A stretch of 64,000 bases of DNA from Eubacteriales bacterium (GTDB lineage Bacteria > Bacillota > Clostridia > Lachnospirales > JAVBJQ01): NCBI GenBank assembly GCA_031546905.1, contig JAVBJQ010000002.1, forward strand, positions 20,705 through 84,704, read 5' to 3'. The notes under the pieces were generated by a model, which worked only from the letters and a program-made list of their open reading frames with translations, searched no databases and was not told the DNA's origin. Both the position numbers and the translations under genes were made by a program. Positions 8,612-18,248 of this stretch are shown here, one piece after another. Every line of letters begins with the position of its first letter. The first letter of the stretch is position 1.

Positions 8612-10033
8612 AAAAGTTTCCTGTATAGGGGATGCTTCCATCGTCATTTCTTCAAACGAAATGACACGTTCTTCTGCTCTAATAGGTTCAGTGGGAATAT
8701 GTTTATTAGATGGAGGGTTCATAAGCCTTTTAAAATCTTCAAATTCTTTTTTTAACATTTCTTTTTCTAAAATTATTTCGTTATATTTCTTTTTCAATGT
8801 GTTTTCGATTTCAGAAGTTTCTTTTGATTTAGTTTGTAGTTGCCCAGCTAGCTGCATAATCTTAGCATCCTTTTCTGTAACCTGTGCTTTATATACGTGA
8901 ATTTGATTTTTTAAAATGGCGATTTGCTCGTGATAGTAGTTTTCATCAATGGAGGGCGGTTGTGATTCCACTCTGTTGCTTGCAACTATTTGTTGCTCTT
9001 GAACGTGTACTTTTTTAGGATAGAAACCTTTAAAAAAGTCATGGATCACATAAGTGTCCCATGGCCTGTCTTTATCGGCATATACTTCTGACATAAAAAA
9101 GCTTTCTTGGCTATCATATTCTTGATGAAAAATAACTTTTTGAAGTTTTGCTGGGAGTTTTGAAATATATTTTTTAAATTTTGTGAAGCTCTTTCCATTA
9201 TCTTCTGAAATAACAAAAAGTAACTGACCAGCCATTTGCCAAAATACATAGAGTTTCTCGTGACAAACAAATAACAAACAATTTTCAATTTTTTGATGTT
9301 CATAAATGATAATGGGGTTTGATAAATCAGACTCAAACTTTCTTCGATAAATCAATTGAGAAGAAAACATACTTTTTACAATATAAACCATATGGATAGT
9401 ATCATTTGTCGTTAAAAATGACTGGTCAATGATTTGATTTTGGGTTGTATGGAAGGTGATAAATGCCCCATGTCTGGTAGGGGAAATTTCTCGGTAGCCA
9501 AGGTTGCTTTCCGTGTTCATGCCTTTTTTTTGGTAAAACAGAAGGCTTAAAGCGGATTCACATTTTATATTTTGAAGCATAAAATTTGAATTTATAAAAG
9601 GTACAAACGTATCAATTGGTTGGGGTGAATCCCAGCCATTTTTTTTGTCCATTTGTTGTTTGATGATCTGCTGTGTTTTTTCAGATGGATTAAAAATATT
9701 ATAAATCAATTGTATACTATTGTCGCTTATTAAGGAATGGAAGCTAATATGATGAAGTGAATGGGTTTGATTTCTTAAAATTAAATTGGTTTGCCAAGTA
9801 TTTTTACTATATAAACAAAGCATAATACTTCCTTCGTTGTCTTGACAAAAAACGTAGATATTACCATCCTTTCCTACATTCACCGTGTAGAGTTCTACTC
9901 GGGTATTCATAATCGTATAGGGATTGCCCCACTTCTCATTTTCATATTTTTTGCAAATAATTCCTTCATCCCGTATATGATAAAAGCAAAAAAGTTTGTT
10001 ATCGTTGGTGGAGACTATATTTACATTTTGCAT
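8531..10033 (-). CDS. Hypothetical cytoplasmic protein: N-terminal beta-rich region with one Asp-box-like motif, C-terminal coiled coil and acidic tail
   Basis: 500-aa ORF with a GGTAGGTG SD. SEDNGKSF resembles the BNR/Asp-box pattern SxDxGxS/T-W/F. Residues ~370-450 are heptad-like and K/E rich. No signal peptide. Confidence 0.6.
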   Translation of the reverse strand: MQNVNIVSTNDNKLFCFYHIRDEGIICKKYENEKWGNPYTIMNTRVELYTVNVGKDGNIYVFCQDNEGSIMLCLYSKNTWQTNLILRNQTHSLHHISFHSLISDNSIQLIYNIFNPSEKTQQIIKQQMDKKNGWDSPQPIDTFVPFINSNFMLQNIKCESALSLLFYQKKGMNTESNLGYREISPTRHGAFITFHTTQNQIIDQSFLTTNDTIHMVYIVKSMFSSQLIYRRKFESDLSNPIIIYEHQKIENCLLFVCHEKLYVFWQMAGQLLFVISEDNGKSFTKFKKYISKLPAKLQKVIFHQEYDSQESFFMSEVYADKDRPWDTYVIHDFFKGFYPKKVHVQEQQIVASNRVESQPPSIDENYYHEQIAILKNQIHVYKAQVTEKDAKIMQLAGQLQTKSKETSEIENTLKKKYNEIILEKEMLKKEFEDFKRLMNPPSNKHIPTEPIRAEERVISFEEMTMEASPIQETFLEDIPLNEALDIPQIPIEEEVEEAEQ

Positions 10034-10228
10034 ATTTTTTCACCTACCAAAACGTATTTACACGAATACTAACTCGGCTTAGATTTCATAGAAACGCATT
10101 AGTATAATTCGTATTACTTCATTATATTTTTTAAAAATAAAAAAAATAACTGATTACGATAAATTTATACTGTAGTAGGCTTTAGGGCAGTTTGACATAG
10201 TCAATTATTAACCTTAACAAATATAATA

Positions 10229-10284
10229 GAAAATCCATGGAAACCCTCATATTTTAAAATTTTGGAGGGTCTTCATGGATTTTC
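10229..10284 (-). terminator. Long hairpin downstream of htpG (probable terminator)
   Basis: 20-nt arms (GAAAATCCATGGAAACCCTC / GAGGGTCTTCATGGATTTTC) with 3 mismatches. Only a moderately U-rich tail on the minus strand. Confidence 0.5.
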
Positions 10285-10384
10285 ATAAAATATTTATAAC
10301 AATTTATTGATTCACTTTTTTAATGATAGAAATATACTATTAAATCTATTCTTAACAGCTATAGTGTGCTAACTACCGCATTGA

Positions 10385-12286
10385 TTAAATTAATCTTTCT
10401 AGCAACTTAGTAGTTCTTTCAATAAATTTAGTCATTTCATTTGCTTCAAGGGGTTTGTGGCTCATCATTGCCAAATCATAGAGTTGTTCACAAATAAGTT
10501 CCACATCTTCTTTTTTAGCTTCATCATCTTTGATAGAGATTAAAGATTTAACTAAATTGTTGTTTTTGTTTAAAACCAGGGTTTCTTCATTTTCAAACAT
10601 ATTTGGCATGTTCATAGAACCAAACATTTTACTCATTTCCTGCATTCTTCTTGATTGTTCAGATAATAAAATAATAGCTGGAACAGAATCTGATTTTAAT
10701 GTCTCCGTTTTAATTTTAACTTTTTCATTTTTCAGTACACCAGAAAAAAGTGATTGTAATTGCTCATTTATCTCAGGAGAACTTTCTTCTTCTTTATTTT
10801 TTAAACTGTCAGAAAGGTCTGAGTCAATTCTTGTAAAAGTTTTTCCAGATTCATAATTTTCAAGATATGAAATAAATGGATTATCAAGCGAAGAGGATAA
10901 TATAACCGCTTCCATTTCTTGTTCTTTAAATAGTTTGATATATTGAGCTTGTTGTTTTTCGTTGGAAACATAGAAGATTTTATTTTCATGTTTTTCTTTA
11001 TTGCGTTCTAAGTATTCGTTTAAAGTTACATAATCATCAGAAGTTGTTTTATATAACAATGTATCTTTTACTTTGTCATAGAAAGAACGATCTTTGATAC
11101 AGCCATACTTGATAAATAAATTAATGTCATCCCAGAATTTGATAAAGTTTTCTTTTTCATTTTTATATAGAGAGTTTAATTTATCAGCAACTTTTTTTGT
11201 AATGTAACCAGACATTTTAGAAACATATCCATCGTTTTGAAGGAAGCTTCTGGAAACGTTTAATGGAATATCAGGACAATCAATCGTTCCTTTTAAAAGG
11301 AGAAGGAACTCAGGAATTACTTCTTTAATATTATCTGCAATAAAAACTTGATTGCTATAAAGCTTTACTTGTCCTTCAGCAGTTTCAAGCTCATGTTTTA
11401 ATTTTGGGAAATAAAGAATCCCTTTAAGTCTAAAAGGATAATCCATGTTTAAATGAATCCAAAAGAGTGGTTCGTTAAAGTCAGAAAAAACTTTTTGATA
11501 AAATTCTTTATACTCTTCATCAGTACAATCTTTTGGTTGTTTTAACCATAGTGGATTCGTGTCGTTAATTGGTTTCACTTCATCCACAATTTGTTCTTGT
11601 TCTTCTGTTTCTACAACTTCATCCGCATCTTTTACTTCTTCATTTTTAACTGTTTCAAAAAATATCTCAACAGGAATAAAAGAACAATATTTTTTAAGAA
11701 TTGATTTTAATTTATATTCATTTAAGAAATCTTTTCCGCTTTCACCAACAAAAAGGGTGATGGTTGTCCCTCTTGCGCCTCTTGTTCCTTCTTCCATTTC
11801 ATATTGGATGCCACCATCAGAAATCCATTTTGCAGATACAGCATCTTTTTTATAAGAAAGGGTTTCAATTTGAACTTTATCCGCAACCATAAAGGCAGAA
11901 TAAAAACCAAGACCAAAATGCCCAATAATTTCGTTTTCTTTGTCTAATTTGTCTTTATATTTTTCAAGAAAATCCACAGCTCCAGAAAAAGCGATTTGAT
12001 TAATATATTGCTTAATCTCGTCAGCAGTCATTCCGAGTCCGTTGTCGATAATTTGAATAATTTTATTTTCTTCATCTAATACAACATTAATTTTATATTT
12101 TTCATCGGCAGAAATTTGAACATCTTCTAAGCCCATGGAAACTAATTTTTGGAGCTTTGTAATAGCGTCCGCGGAATTGGAAACCAGTTCACGTAAAAAT
12201 ATATCGGTATCAGAATAAAGCCATTTTTTAATAATAGGTAAAATATTTTCGCTATTAATTGATAAATTACCAGTTTCGTGTGACAT
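10385..12286 (-). CDS. htpG: Molecular chaperone HtpG (Hsp90)
   Basis: N-terminal GHKL ATPase motifs (ELVSNSADA, DNGLGMT, GHFGLGFYS) and full-length Hsp90 architecture. Confidence 0.97.
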   Translation of the reverse strand: MSHETGNLSINSENILPIIKKWLYSDTDIFLRELVSNSADAITKLQKLVSMGLEDVQISADEKYKINVVLDEENKIIQIIDNGLGMTADEIKQYINQIAFSGAVDFLEKYKDKLDKENEIIGHFGLGFYSAFMVADKVQIETLSYKKDAVSAKWISDGGIQYEMEEGTRGARGTTITLFVGESGKDFLNEYKLKSILKKYCSFIPVEIFFETVKNEEVKDADEVVETEEQEQIVDEVKPINDTNPLWLKQPKDCTDEEYKEFYQKVFSDFNEPLFWIHLNMDYPFRLKGILYFPKLKHELETAEGQVKLYSNQVFIADNIKEVIPEFLLLLKGTIDCPDIPLNVSRSFLQNDGYVSKMSGYITKKVADKLNSLYKNEKENFIKFWDDINLFIKYGCIKDRSFYDKVKDTLLYKTTSDDYVTLNEYLERNKEKHENKIFYVSNEKQQAQYIKLFKEQEMEAVILSSSLDNPFISYLENYESGKTFTRIDSDLSDSLKNKEEESSPEINEQLQSLFSGVLKNEKVKIKTETLKSDSVPAIILLSEQSRRMQEMSKMFGSMNMPNMFENEETLVLNKNNNLVKSLISIKDDEAKKEDVELICEQLYDLAMMSHKPLEANEMTKFIERTTKLLERLI

Positions 12287-12373
12287 GAAAAATCCTCCTT
12301 CATATAGTGCAAACGATTTAAATTATTGTAAGCGTTTGCAATTGTACATTTGTAAAATAATGTATTTATCATA

Positions 12374-12401
12374 ATAATATCACTATTATGAATATTGTCA
12401 A
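12374..12401 (-). promoter_or_regulatory. Putative sigmaA promoter of htpG
   Basis: On the minus strand: TTGACA, 16-nt spacer, TGaTATTAT (extended -10). About 90 nt upstream of the htpG ATG. Confidence 0.45.
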
Positions 12402-12408
12402 GAAAAAT

Positions 12409-12435
12409 TTAGCACTCATTACAATAGAGTGCTAA
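12409..12435 (-). promoter_or_regulatory. Second perfect CIRCE element, upstream of htpG
   Basis: TTAGCACTC-N9-GAGTGCTAA. It lies 7 nt upstream of the htpG -35 and spans the stop codon of ORF 12419..12883. Confidence 0.85.
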
Positions 12436-12883
12436 CAAAAAAATCTGCCTTCTTTAAAAAGTCTAAAATATATTGTTCCCAGTCAATATCAATTTGTTTG
12501 TCAAATGAAAAACTTTTTTCAGCAGTTCCCGTTGTACACAAAATTTTATTTTCTTCAAATGTGATATTAAAAAATAATGCTTGTGCATTGGGTGAAACTT
12601 TTTCCATTTCACTTTGGGCAAGGGAAAAAACAATTTTTATTAAACTTGGTTTTGTGTTTCCTTTTATCACTGTAAAAACAAAAGGTTTCATTTCTTCCCA
12701 AGTGCAATAATTTCTTTTAATTGGTTCTTCTGTATGAAAAAAATCCTTATTTAATTTCCCATCAATGTCAAACCGAGCAAAAGTTTCAACAGCGATGCTT
12801 CGTACTTCAAATTTATCAAACGTAGTATCTTTTAGGATAGCTTTAAAAAATTGTTTCGTATCATCAATGGAAAAAGCGATCAT
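12419..12883 (-). CDS. Hypothetical protein; its last 5 codons and stop lie inside the htpG CIRCE element
   Basis: 154-aa ORF with an AAAGGAG SD. No motif recognised. Co-oriented directly upstream of htpG. Confidence 0.55.
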   Translation of the reverse strand: MIAFSIDDTKQFFKAILKDTTFDKFEVRSIAVETFARFDIDGKLNKDFFHTEEPIKRNYCTWEEMKPFVFTVIKGNTKPSLIKIVFSLAQSEMEKVSPNAQALFFNITFEENKILCTTGTAEKSFSFDKQIDIDWEQYILDFLKKADFFVSTLL

Positions 12884-13068
12884 GATAAACTCCTTTTAAA
12901 AAAATATTTTTTTATATTTTATAATGAATAGTTTCATTTTACAATGGAGCTGTTTAATTTAATTTTTAAAAATAAACATGAAAAATACTTGAATTAATAC
13001 TGTGATATGTTAAAATAACGAGAGTTTGAAATGATAGAGGGAAGGACTGAGAAACTATAAAACAATTA

Positions 13069-15228
13069 GTGCTAGCAGAAAAACCATCGGTAGCAAAAGA
13101 TATAGCCAAGGTTTTGAAATGTGATAAGCGAGACGGTGTTTTCGAAAATAATCAATTTATTGTTACTTGGGCACTGGGTCACCTTGTTACATTGGCAGAC
13201 CCCGAACAATATGGTGACCAATATAAATCTTGGAAATTAATTGATTTACCTATTATGCCAAAAAAATTAGAATTAGTAACCATTAAACAAACGGCAAAGC
13301 AATATAATATGATAAAATCCCAATTAAACAGAAAAGACGTTACAGGCATTATTATCGCAACAGATTCAGGTCGTGAAGGCGAGCTTGTAGCAAGATGGAT
13401 TATAAAAAGAGCCAACATCAATAAACCAATTAAAAGGCTGTGGATTTCTTCTGTTACAGATAAAGCAATTAAAGACGGTTTTAGCAATTTAAAAGAGGGT
13501 AGGCTTTATGAAAATTTATTTAAGTCAGCAGAAGCCAGGGCAGAAGCAGATTGGTTTGTAGGAATTAACGCAACAAGAGCATTAACAACAAAATTTAATG
13601 CCCAATTGTCATGTGGCCGTGTTCAAACCCCTACATTGTATATGATTGCAAAAAGAGAAGAAGAAATAAGAAGTTTTAAGCCTAAAAAATATTATGGGAT
13701 AACAGCAAGTGCAGGGGACTTACAATTAACTTGGCAAGACCGCAAAACAAAAGATACAAAAACTTTTGAAAAAGAGTATGTAGATGAAATTTATCAAAAA
13801 ATAAAAAATAAAGATGCGAAAATTATTGAAATAAGTAAAACATTAAAAAAAGTAAATGCCAACGAGCTTTACAATTTAACACAACTGCAAATTGATGCAA
13901 ATAAGATGTTTGATTTCTCTGCAAAAGAAACGCTGTCTATTATGCAGACTTTATATGAAAGCTATAAAGTGTTGACCTATCCCAGAACGGATTCAAAATA
14001 TCTAACAACGGATATTGTAGCAACCATACCAGAAAGATTAATTGCAACAGGGTACAACAGATTAACCGAACCACTTTTAAAAACAAAAATTACGGCAAAA
14101 TCTCATTTTGTAGACAATAACAAAGTGTCTGATCACCACGCAATTATTCCAACCGAACAGCGTGCCAATATTAATTTGTTTACAGATAAAGAAAGAAAAA
14201 TTTATGATCTAGTTGTAAAACGATTTTTGGCTGTATTATATCCGCCTTTTGAGTTTGAAGAAACAACTATTAAATTTACCATAGGCGAAGAAATATTTAG
14301 CTTAAAGGGAAATGTGGTAATCAATAAAGGCTGGAAAGCAGTGTATGGGAATGAATCCAGTGATGACGATTTAAAAAATATAAAAATAGCACCAAGTTTA
14401 AACAAGGGTGACACACTCAAAATAGCTTCTTTAAAAATAACAGAGGGTTTAACCAAACCTCCTAGTTTGTTTAATGAAGCCACCTTGTTAGCCTCTATGG
14501 AAAATCCAATTCATTTTATGAATAGCCAAGATAAGGAACTTTCTAAAATTTTAGGGGAAACAGGTGGATTGGGAACGGTTGCAACAAGAGCAGACATAAT
14601 TGAAAAGTTATTTAGCAGTTTTGTAATTGAAAAAAAGGGGAAAGACATTTCCATTACATCAAAAGGAAAACAACTTTTGGAGTTAGTTCCAAAAGAATTA
14701 AAATCTCCTGAGCTGACAGCTAAATGGGAGCAAAAACTAATTCAAATTCAGCAAGGCAAAACAACCAAGGAGTCCTTTATGGAAGAGATTAGAAAATATA
14801 CCGATGAGATAATAAAAATCATCAAAAATAGTGATGAAAAATTTAGACATGATAATATTACAGGAAACAAATGTCCAGACTGCGGGAAATATTTACTTGA
14901 AGTAAACGGCAAAAAGGGAAAAATGTTAGTATGTCAAGATATGGAATGTGGATATCGAAAAGGTGTTTCCATTATTACCAATGCAAGATGCCCAAAATGC
15001 CATAAAAAACTGGAACTGATAGGTGAGGGCGAGAAAAAGAAATTTATATGCGGGACTTGTGGCTATAAAGAATCTTATCAAATTTTTGAAGCCCGAAAAA
15101 GCAAAGAAAAAAGCGCTATGTCTAAAAAAGAATTAGAATCTTTTATGAAAAATCAAAAAGAAAATGATAAGACGGAAGTAAATAATCCTTTTGCAAGTCA
15201 ATTAGCAAATTTTAATTTTAAAAAATAA
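13069..15228 (+). CDS. topB: DNA topoisomerase III (type IA) with C-terminal zinc-ribbon repeats
   Basis: Toprim AEKPS motif, catalytic region LTYPRTDS, and C-terminal CPDCG / CPKCH / CGTCG zinc fingers. The true start is probably upstream (see finding). Confidence 0.92.
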   Translation: MLAEKPSVAKDIAKVLKCDKRDGVFENNQFIVTWALGHLVTLADPEQYGDQYKSWKLIDLPIMPKKLELVTIKQTAKQYNMIKSQLNRKDVTGIIIATDSGREGELVARWIIKRANINKPIKRLWISSVTDKAIKDGFSNLKEGRLYENLFKSAEARAEADWFVGINATRALTTKFNAQLSCGRVQTPTLYMIAKREEEIRSFKPKKYYGITASAGDLQLTWQDRKTKDTKTFEKEYVDEIYQKIKNKDAKIIEISKTLKKVNANELYNLTQLQIDANKMFDFSAKETLSIMQTLYESYKVLTYPRTDSKYLTTDIVATIPERLIATGYNRLTEPLLKTKITAKSHFVDNNKVSDHHAIIPTEQRANINLFTDKERKIYDLVVKRFLAVLYPPFEFEETTIKFTIGEEIFSLKGNVVINKGWKAVYGNESSDDDLKNIKIAPSLNKGDTLKIASLKITEGLTKPPSLFNEATLLASMENPIHFMNSQDKELSKILGETGGLGTVATRADIIEKLFSSFVIEKKGKDISITSKGKQLLELVPKELKSPELTAKWEQKLIQIQQGKTTKESFMEEIRKYTDEIIKIIKNSDEKFRHDNITGNKCPDCGKYLLEVNGKKGKMLVCQDMECGYRKGVSIITNARCPKCHKKLELIGEGEKKKFICGTCGYKESYQIFEARKSKEKSAMSKKELESFMKNQKENDKTEVNNPFASQLANFNFKK

Positions 15229-15251
15229 TTTATTACAACTTGAGGTGTGAC

Positions 15252-16031
15252 ATGTATAGAGAAACAGTAGAAAAAATGATTACAATGGCAGTAGAAAAAT
15301 ATGATTTTTGTAAAAAACACGTTTTTCATTATTTAGTTTTATCCATGCTAGCAGGAATTTATATTGGATTTGGTGTAATATTATCCTATACGTTAGGTTC
15401 AGGTTTTTGGGAACATCATTCCCCTGCTCAGAAGTTGGTAATGGGTCTTTCTTTTGGGGTTGCATTGAGCTTAGTGTCAGTTGCCGGAGCAGAACTTTTT
15501 ACAGGAAACAACATGATTATGACAATGGGTTCTCTTGATAAAAAAGTTTCTTGGGGCGGAACACTTCGAATTTGGTTTTTTTGCTATTTAGGAAATTTAC
15601 TAGGGGCAATTTTACTTGCGCTAATGATGTTTAAAAGCGGTTTGATTTTAAAAGCTCCGTTGAAAGATTTTATATTATACAGTGTTGAAGCAAAAATGAA
15701 CACGCCATTTGTTGAACTATTTTTCAAAGGGTTATTATGTAACATTTTAGTTTGTTTGGCAACTTGGATGTCTGCAAAATGTAAAGAAGAAACAGCAAAA
15801 TTAATTATGATTTTTTGGTGTTTGTTTGCCTTCATATCATCAGGATTTGAACATAGCATTGCAAATATGACAACGCTTACTATGGGACTGTTGTTAGAAC
15901 ATAATGAAGCAATATCCATCATAGGCTTTTTAAGAAACATAATTCCGGTAACATTAGGGAATATTGTAGGCGGAGCAGTTTTTGTAGGTGGAGCTTATTT
16001 CTATGCGTCCACTGCAAGTGATAAGAAGTAA
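15252..16031 (+). CDS. Formate/nitrite transporter family channel (FocA/NirC-like)
   Basis: Six-TM FNT pattern (AELFTGNN, GFEHSIANM). Start moved to ATG 15252, after GAGGTG. Confidence 0.85.
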   Translation: MYRETVEKMITMAVEKYDFCKKHVFHYLVLSMLAGIYIGFGVILSYTLGSGFWEHHSPAQKLVMGLSFGVALSLVSVAGAELFTGNNMIMTMGSLDKKVSWGGTLRIWFFCYLGNLLGAILLALMMFKSGLILKAPLKDFILYSVEAKMNTPFVELFFKGLLCNILVCLATWMSAKCKEETAKLIMIFWCLFAFISSGFEHSIANMTTLTMGLLLEHNEAISIIGFLRNIIPVTLGNIVGGAVFVGGAYFYASTASDKK

Positions 16032-16119
16032 TCCTAATAGAGTTCTTTCAAATCCTACAACTATAAAAATTTTTTATGTCCATGAAAACGGGCTGGTTGT
16101 ATAAATATAAAAATGTGAT

Positions 16120-16148
16120 TTGACATAAGAGACAATAATGTTTAAAAT
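16120..16148 (+). promoter_or_regulatory. Putative sigmaA promoter of the GGDEF-EAL gene
   Basis: TTGACA, 17-nt spacer, TAAAAT. Confidence 0.5.
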
Positions 16149-16191
16149 TTAGTTAAATCTTGCTAAAATTTTAAAAGATGGAGGTGAACTG

Positions 16192-18018
16192 ATGAACGCT
16201 ACACACTTGTTTGATGAATATAGAGACTATAATAACTGTTTAAAACAGTTCAGAGAAATTGTTAATTACTCTACAACAGATATAGTTGATTTATTTTCAA
16301 AATTCTATAACATATTAGCTGACTCCTTTAGACTTTCAAAAACATATATGTATGCGCTAGAGTTTGACCCATTAATTTCTGACTATCGTATTAAATTTGA
16401 GTATCTGCCTAACAGGCAACATGAGGAAGCTCACCAAAAATTTGTTTTAAAAATGGTGAGTGGATTAAATCCAGTAGAGCCTCTGTATGTTTTTAGAGAG
16501 GGCCAAGTGTATGAATCTGTTACGGAAACGCTTTCCCCTGATGTGTTTATGTTATCCTTTTTAACATTTGGAAATGATACAGTGACGGCAATTGCTTTTT
16601 ATACGTTTGAAGAAAAAGATAATGTTATTTATGCAGAGAAAAATATGAATTTCATTACCAATATAACAAGTTTTCTTTCCATTGCAGTACAAAAATTGGT
16701 ATATGAAAATAGGCTGAATAAGTTGCTTTATAATGACAATTTAACAGATGCTCCAAATCGGTCGTATTTTTATCATATTCTTGTAAATGAAATGCAGTAT
16801 GCAGATTATACAAACACCATGGTAGGCGTAATGATGGTTGATATTTCAAAAATGAAACACGTAAATGATACATTAGGATATTATATTGGCGACCAAGTGA
16901 TTAAAGAAGTAGCACATCGAATCAAATCTATTTTGGGAGAGTCTTTTCCTCTTTCTAGGTTTAGCGGGGATGAATTTGCTGTTTTAATACCAAATTTAAC
17001 GGATACACAGCAAATTCGTGATATATGTGACAAAATATATGAAGTTATGAAAGTTCCTATTAGTTTAGATCAATTTTCCTTAATTGCTTCTGTAAATATT
17101 GGAATCAGTGTTTTTCCAACTGACGGAGAGTCCGTGGATACGATTCTTAAAAATGCTGAGGCCGCAATGTTTCAAGCGAAAAACGAAATGGATGGACTAT
17201 ATAGGTTCTATAAGGCATCTATGACGGAAGAGTCAGGCAAACTATTATTTTTAAATTCAGAATTGTTACAGGCAATTTCAAATGATGAATTTGAATTATT
17301 TTATCAAGCACAGTTAAATATAGCTACCAATCGTATTCATAGTGCAGAGGCACTTATTCGTTGGAATCATCCTGTTCGAGGTTTGTTGCCTCCTTTTGAG
17401 TTTATACCATTTGCAGAAGAAAATGGGCTAATTATAGAGATTGACAGAATGATGCTACGCAAAGCATGTTTGCAAGCCAAAAAATGGTATGATGCAGGAA
17501 AAAACATTACAGTGGGAGTCAATATTTCAGCAGACCATTTTCGTCATGGCGATATTGTAAATTCCATCATTGAAACGTTAGAGGAAACACAAGTGCCAGC
17601 ACATTTGTTAGAAATAGAAATTCTGGAAAGTGTAATGATTGAGGATATGAAGCATACCATTGGGATTATTGAAAAAATAAGATCTATTGGTGTTATTGTT
17701 TCTTTAGATGATTTTGGCTCTGGTTACTCCTCGCTTGAATATATAACATTGCTGCCACTTGATATTATAAAAATAGATCGTGGCTTTACCATGCACTTAG
17801 AAGAAAATCCACGGAATAAAATAATTGTAAAAACCATATTGGCGTTATCAAAGGAAATGAATTTTAAAGTTATTGCAGAAGGTGTAGAGAAGCAATCACA
17901 TTTAGATTTTTTAAGGGAACAAGGATGTGACTTTGCACAAGGATATTTCATCAATCAACCTTTACCACTAGATGGGATTGAAGATGTGATGAGAAAATAT
18001 AATGTAGAGTTCTGTTAA
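16192..18018 (+). CDS. Composite GGDEF-EAL c-di-GMP signalling protein with an uncharacterised N-terminal domain
   Basis: GGDEF-domain motif reads SGDEF. EAL-domain motifs are present: EALIRW, DDFGSGYSSL, KIDRGF, EGVE, QGYF. Confidence 0.9.
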   Translation: MNATHLFDEYRDYNNCLKQFREIVNYSTTDIVDLFSKFYNILADSFRLSKTYMYALEFDPLISDYRIKFEYLPNRQHEEAHQKFVLKMVSGLNPVEPLYVFREGQVYESVTETLSPDVFMLSFLTFGNDTVTAIAFYTFEEKDNVIYAEKNMNFITNITSFLSIAVQKLVYENRLNKLLYNDNLTDAPNRSYFYHILVNEMQYADYTNTMVGVMMVDISKMKHVNDTLGYYIGDQVIKEVAHRIKSILGESFPLSRFSGDEFAVLIPNLTDTQQIRDICDKIYEVMKVPISLDQFSLIASVNIGISVFPTDGESVDTILKNAEAAMFQAKNEMDGLYRFYKASMTEESGKLLFLNSELLQAISNDEFELFYQAQLNIATNRIHSAEALIRWNHPVRGLLPPFEFIPFAEENGLIIEIDRMMLRKACLQAKKWYDAGKNITVGVNISADHFRHGDIVNSIIETLEETQVPAHLLEIEILESVMIEDMKHTIGIIEKIRSIGVIVSLDDFGSGYSSLEYITLLPLDIIKIDRGFTMHLEENPRNKIIVKTILALSKEMNFKVIAEGVEKQSHLDFLREQGCDFAQGYFINQPLPLDGIEDVMRKYNVEFC

Positions 18019-18031
18019 ATGATTATAAAGT

Positions 18032-18080
18032 ATCTAAATTTCTATAAATTTTAATTTGTAGAAATTTGGATATTTTTTTA
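18032..18080 (+). terminator. Intrinsic terminator after the GGDEF-EAL gene
   Basis: ATCTAAATTTCTA / TAGAAATTTGGAT stem followed by ATTTTTTT. Confidence 0.7.
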
Positions 18081-18248
18081 TGTAGAAAGTGTAAGTGAAA
18101 TTTTGTAACTTTTGAATAAAGTGGCATGAAATGTAAATAATTAGAAAACATGATAAGTTCTAAAGACATAGAAATCCAAGTAGAATGATATAACTATTAA
18201 GGATTATTTACTGTAACCGCTATATTATCCACAGGGGACTCCAAAGGA

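Noticed and set aside
8523-8900. 125-aa plus-strand ORF overlapping the ends of both the VanZ gene and the 500-aa gene
   Set aside because: It is a shadow frame of the minus-strand coiled-coil region, Ser/Ile-rich with no SD.
18225-18233. Perfect DnaA box TTATCCACA upstream of the GT-C gene
   Set aside because: It is a single isolated 9-mer with no cluster of boxes, no AT-rich unwinding element and no dnaA/dnaN context. It is compatible with chance.
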